64,000 bases of DNA from Pseudomonadales bacterium (lineage in GTDB: Bacteria > Pseudomonadota > Gammaproteobacteria > Pseudomonadales > UBA3067): positions 72 through 64,071 of the forward strand of contig JBECKY010000023.1 in assembly GCA_040235475.1 (NCBI GenBank). The letters run 5' to 3'. Positions 63,374-64,000 of this stretch are shown here, piece by piece. Every line of letters begins with the position of its first letter. Position 1 is the stretch's first letter. The notes under the pieces are model-generated. The model had not been told where the DNA came from. It was given only the letters and a program-made list of their open reading frames with translations, and did not search any database. The position numbers and the translations under genes were made by a program.

Positions 63374-64000
63374 ATGTACTTTGTTGGAAAAATTCAGAAT
63401 GGCCGCCGGATTTTTTCAAACTACCTTATCTTTTTGTGCCTCAGTCTTGCTGTACTATTATCCCTTGGTTGCAGCAGCCGTCCGGATATCCCTGTTCGAG
63501 ATGGCTATTTTTTTGAAAATAAAAATCTAACGCATTATAAAGTCAGGCCCGGAGACACGCTCTATTCCATAGCCTGGCATCTTAATCGTGACTATAAAAA
63601 AATTGCCACTATTAATGGTATCGTCGAACCCTATGCAATTTATCCTGGTCAGACTTTAAAGTTGATTGGAAACCAGCAAAAATTTCCAATGTCTCGCCAT
63701 TCCTCAAGCAATAATTCAAGCAAAACTGCAGTGAAGAGTATAGAGAGCGCTGAAAAACAAGCTAAAACAAGTAGTTCCGCCAAGCAAGTTGCGAAACGAG
63801 AGAGCATTCAATGGCGTTGGCCTGCGGGCGGAGAGTTGATGTCACGCTTTTCTACTAAGGGCATCGGTAGTAAAGGACTGGACATCCGTGGAAAACAGGG
63901 GGATCCTGTAAAAGCCGCTGCCAAGGGTTTTGTTGTTTATCGGGGCGATGCCTTGCTTGGCTACGGTAAAATTATAATAATAAAGCACGACGAACAGTTT
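63374..64000 (+). CDS. nlpD: murein hydrolase activator NlpD (lipoprotein; 3' end cut by window edge)
   Basis: A GGAGG SD lies 10 nt upstream. Lipobox LLSLGC. LysM domain (YKVRPGDTLYSIAW...IYPGQTLKL). The M23 domain begins (WRWPAGGELMSRF...GLDIRG). The ORF is open to base 64000. Confidence 0.85.
   Translation, partial: MYFVGKIQNGRRIFSNYLIFLCLSLAVLLSLGCSSRPDIPVRDGYFFENKNLTHYKVRPGDTLYSIAWHLNRDYKKIATINGIVEPYAIYPGQTLKLIGNQQKFPMSRHSSSNNSSKTAVKSIESAEKQAKTSSSAKQVAKRESIQWRWPAGGELMSRFSTKGIGSKGLDIRGKQGDPVKAAAKGFVVYRGDALLGYGKIIIIKHDEQF

Overview
The window is a gammaproteobacterial chromosomal segment. Gene order resembles Pseudomonas, Oceanospirillales or Cellvibrionales; this is inferred from synteny and motifs only, since no database search was possible. 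It is almost entirely coding and mostly made of conserved housekeeping blocks. (1) Bases 1-4009 carry a CYP153-type P450 with its ferredoxin reductase and [2Fe-2S] ferredoxin, followed by a nitroreductase. (2) glnK-amtB lie convergent with nhaA. (3) A uracil-DNA-glycosylase-family gene lies divergent from a 1927-aa thioester alpha-2-macroglobulin. The macroglobulin is translationally coupled to pbpC and followed by an exported alpha/beta hydrolase and an O-methyltransferase. (4) ribA, a small LysM ORF, and dxs-ispA-xseB. (5) A gene-poor stretch at 22.8-24.6 kb holds a single-domain PilZ protein and orphan ORFs. (6) A nine-gene minus-strand array runs map-glnD-dapC-yffB-dapD-ttcA-dapE-ATL-osmC. 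(7) A long plus-strand envelope and translation block runs rpsB-tsf-pyrH-frr-uppS-cdsA-dxr-rseP-bamA-skp-lpxD-fabZ-lpxA-lpxB-dnaE-tilS-pyrG-kdsA-eno-ftsB-ispD-ispF-truD-surE-pcm-DUF368-nlpD, with nlpD truncated at the 3' edge. I recognised no rRNA, tRNA, CRISPR array, transposase, integrase or phage gene. I did not find a convincing, wholly novel multi-gene system. The best second-look items are: the membrane-helix-anchored A2M/PbpC module; a DUF368 (PopT-like) gene coupled to pcm inside the surE-pcm-nlpD cluster; the CYP153 cluster; a Trp-for-Cys alkyltransferase-like protein overlapping dapE; a 476-nt leader upstream of nhaA; and the clean absence of rnhB and accA from an otherwise conserved block. 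Many N-termini in the ORF track are over-extended and were trimmed using homolog N-termini and Shine-Dalgarno (SD) positions.
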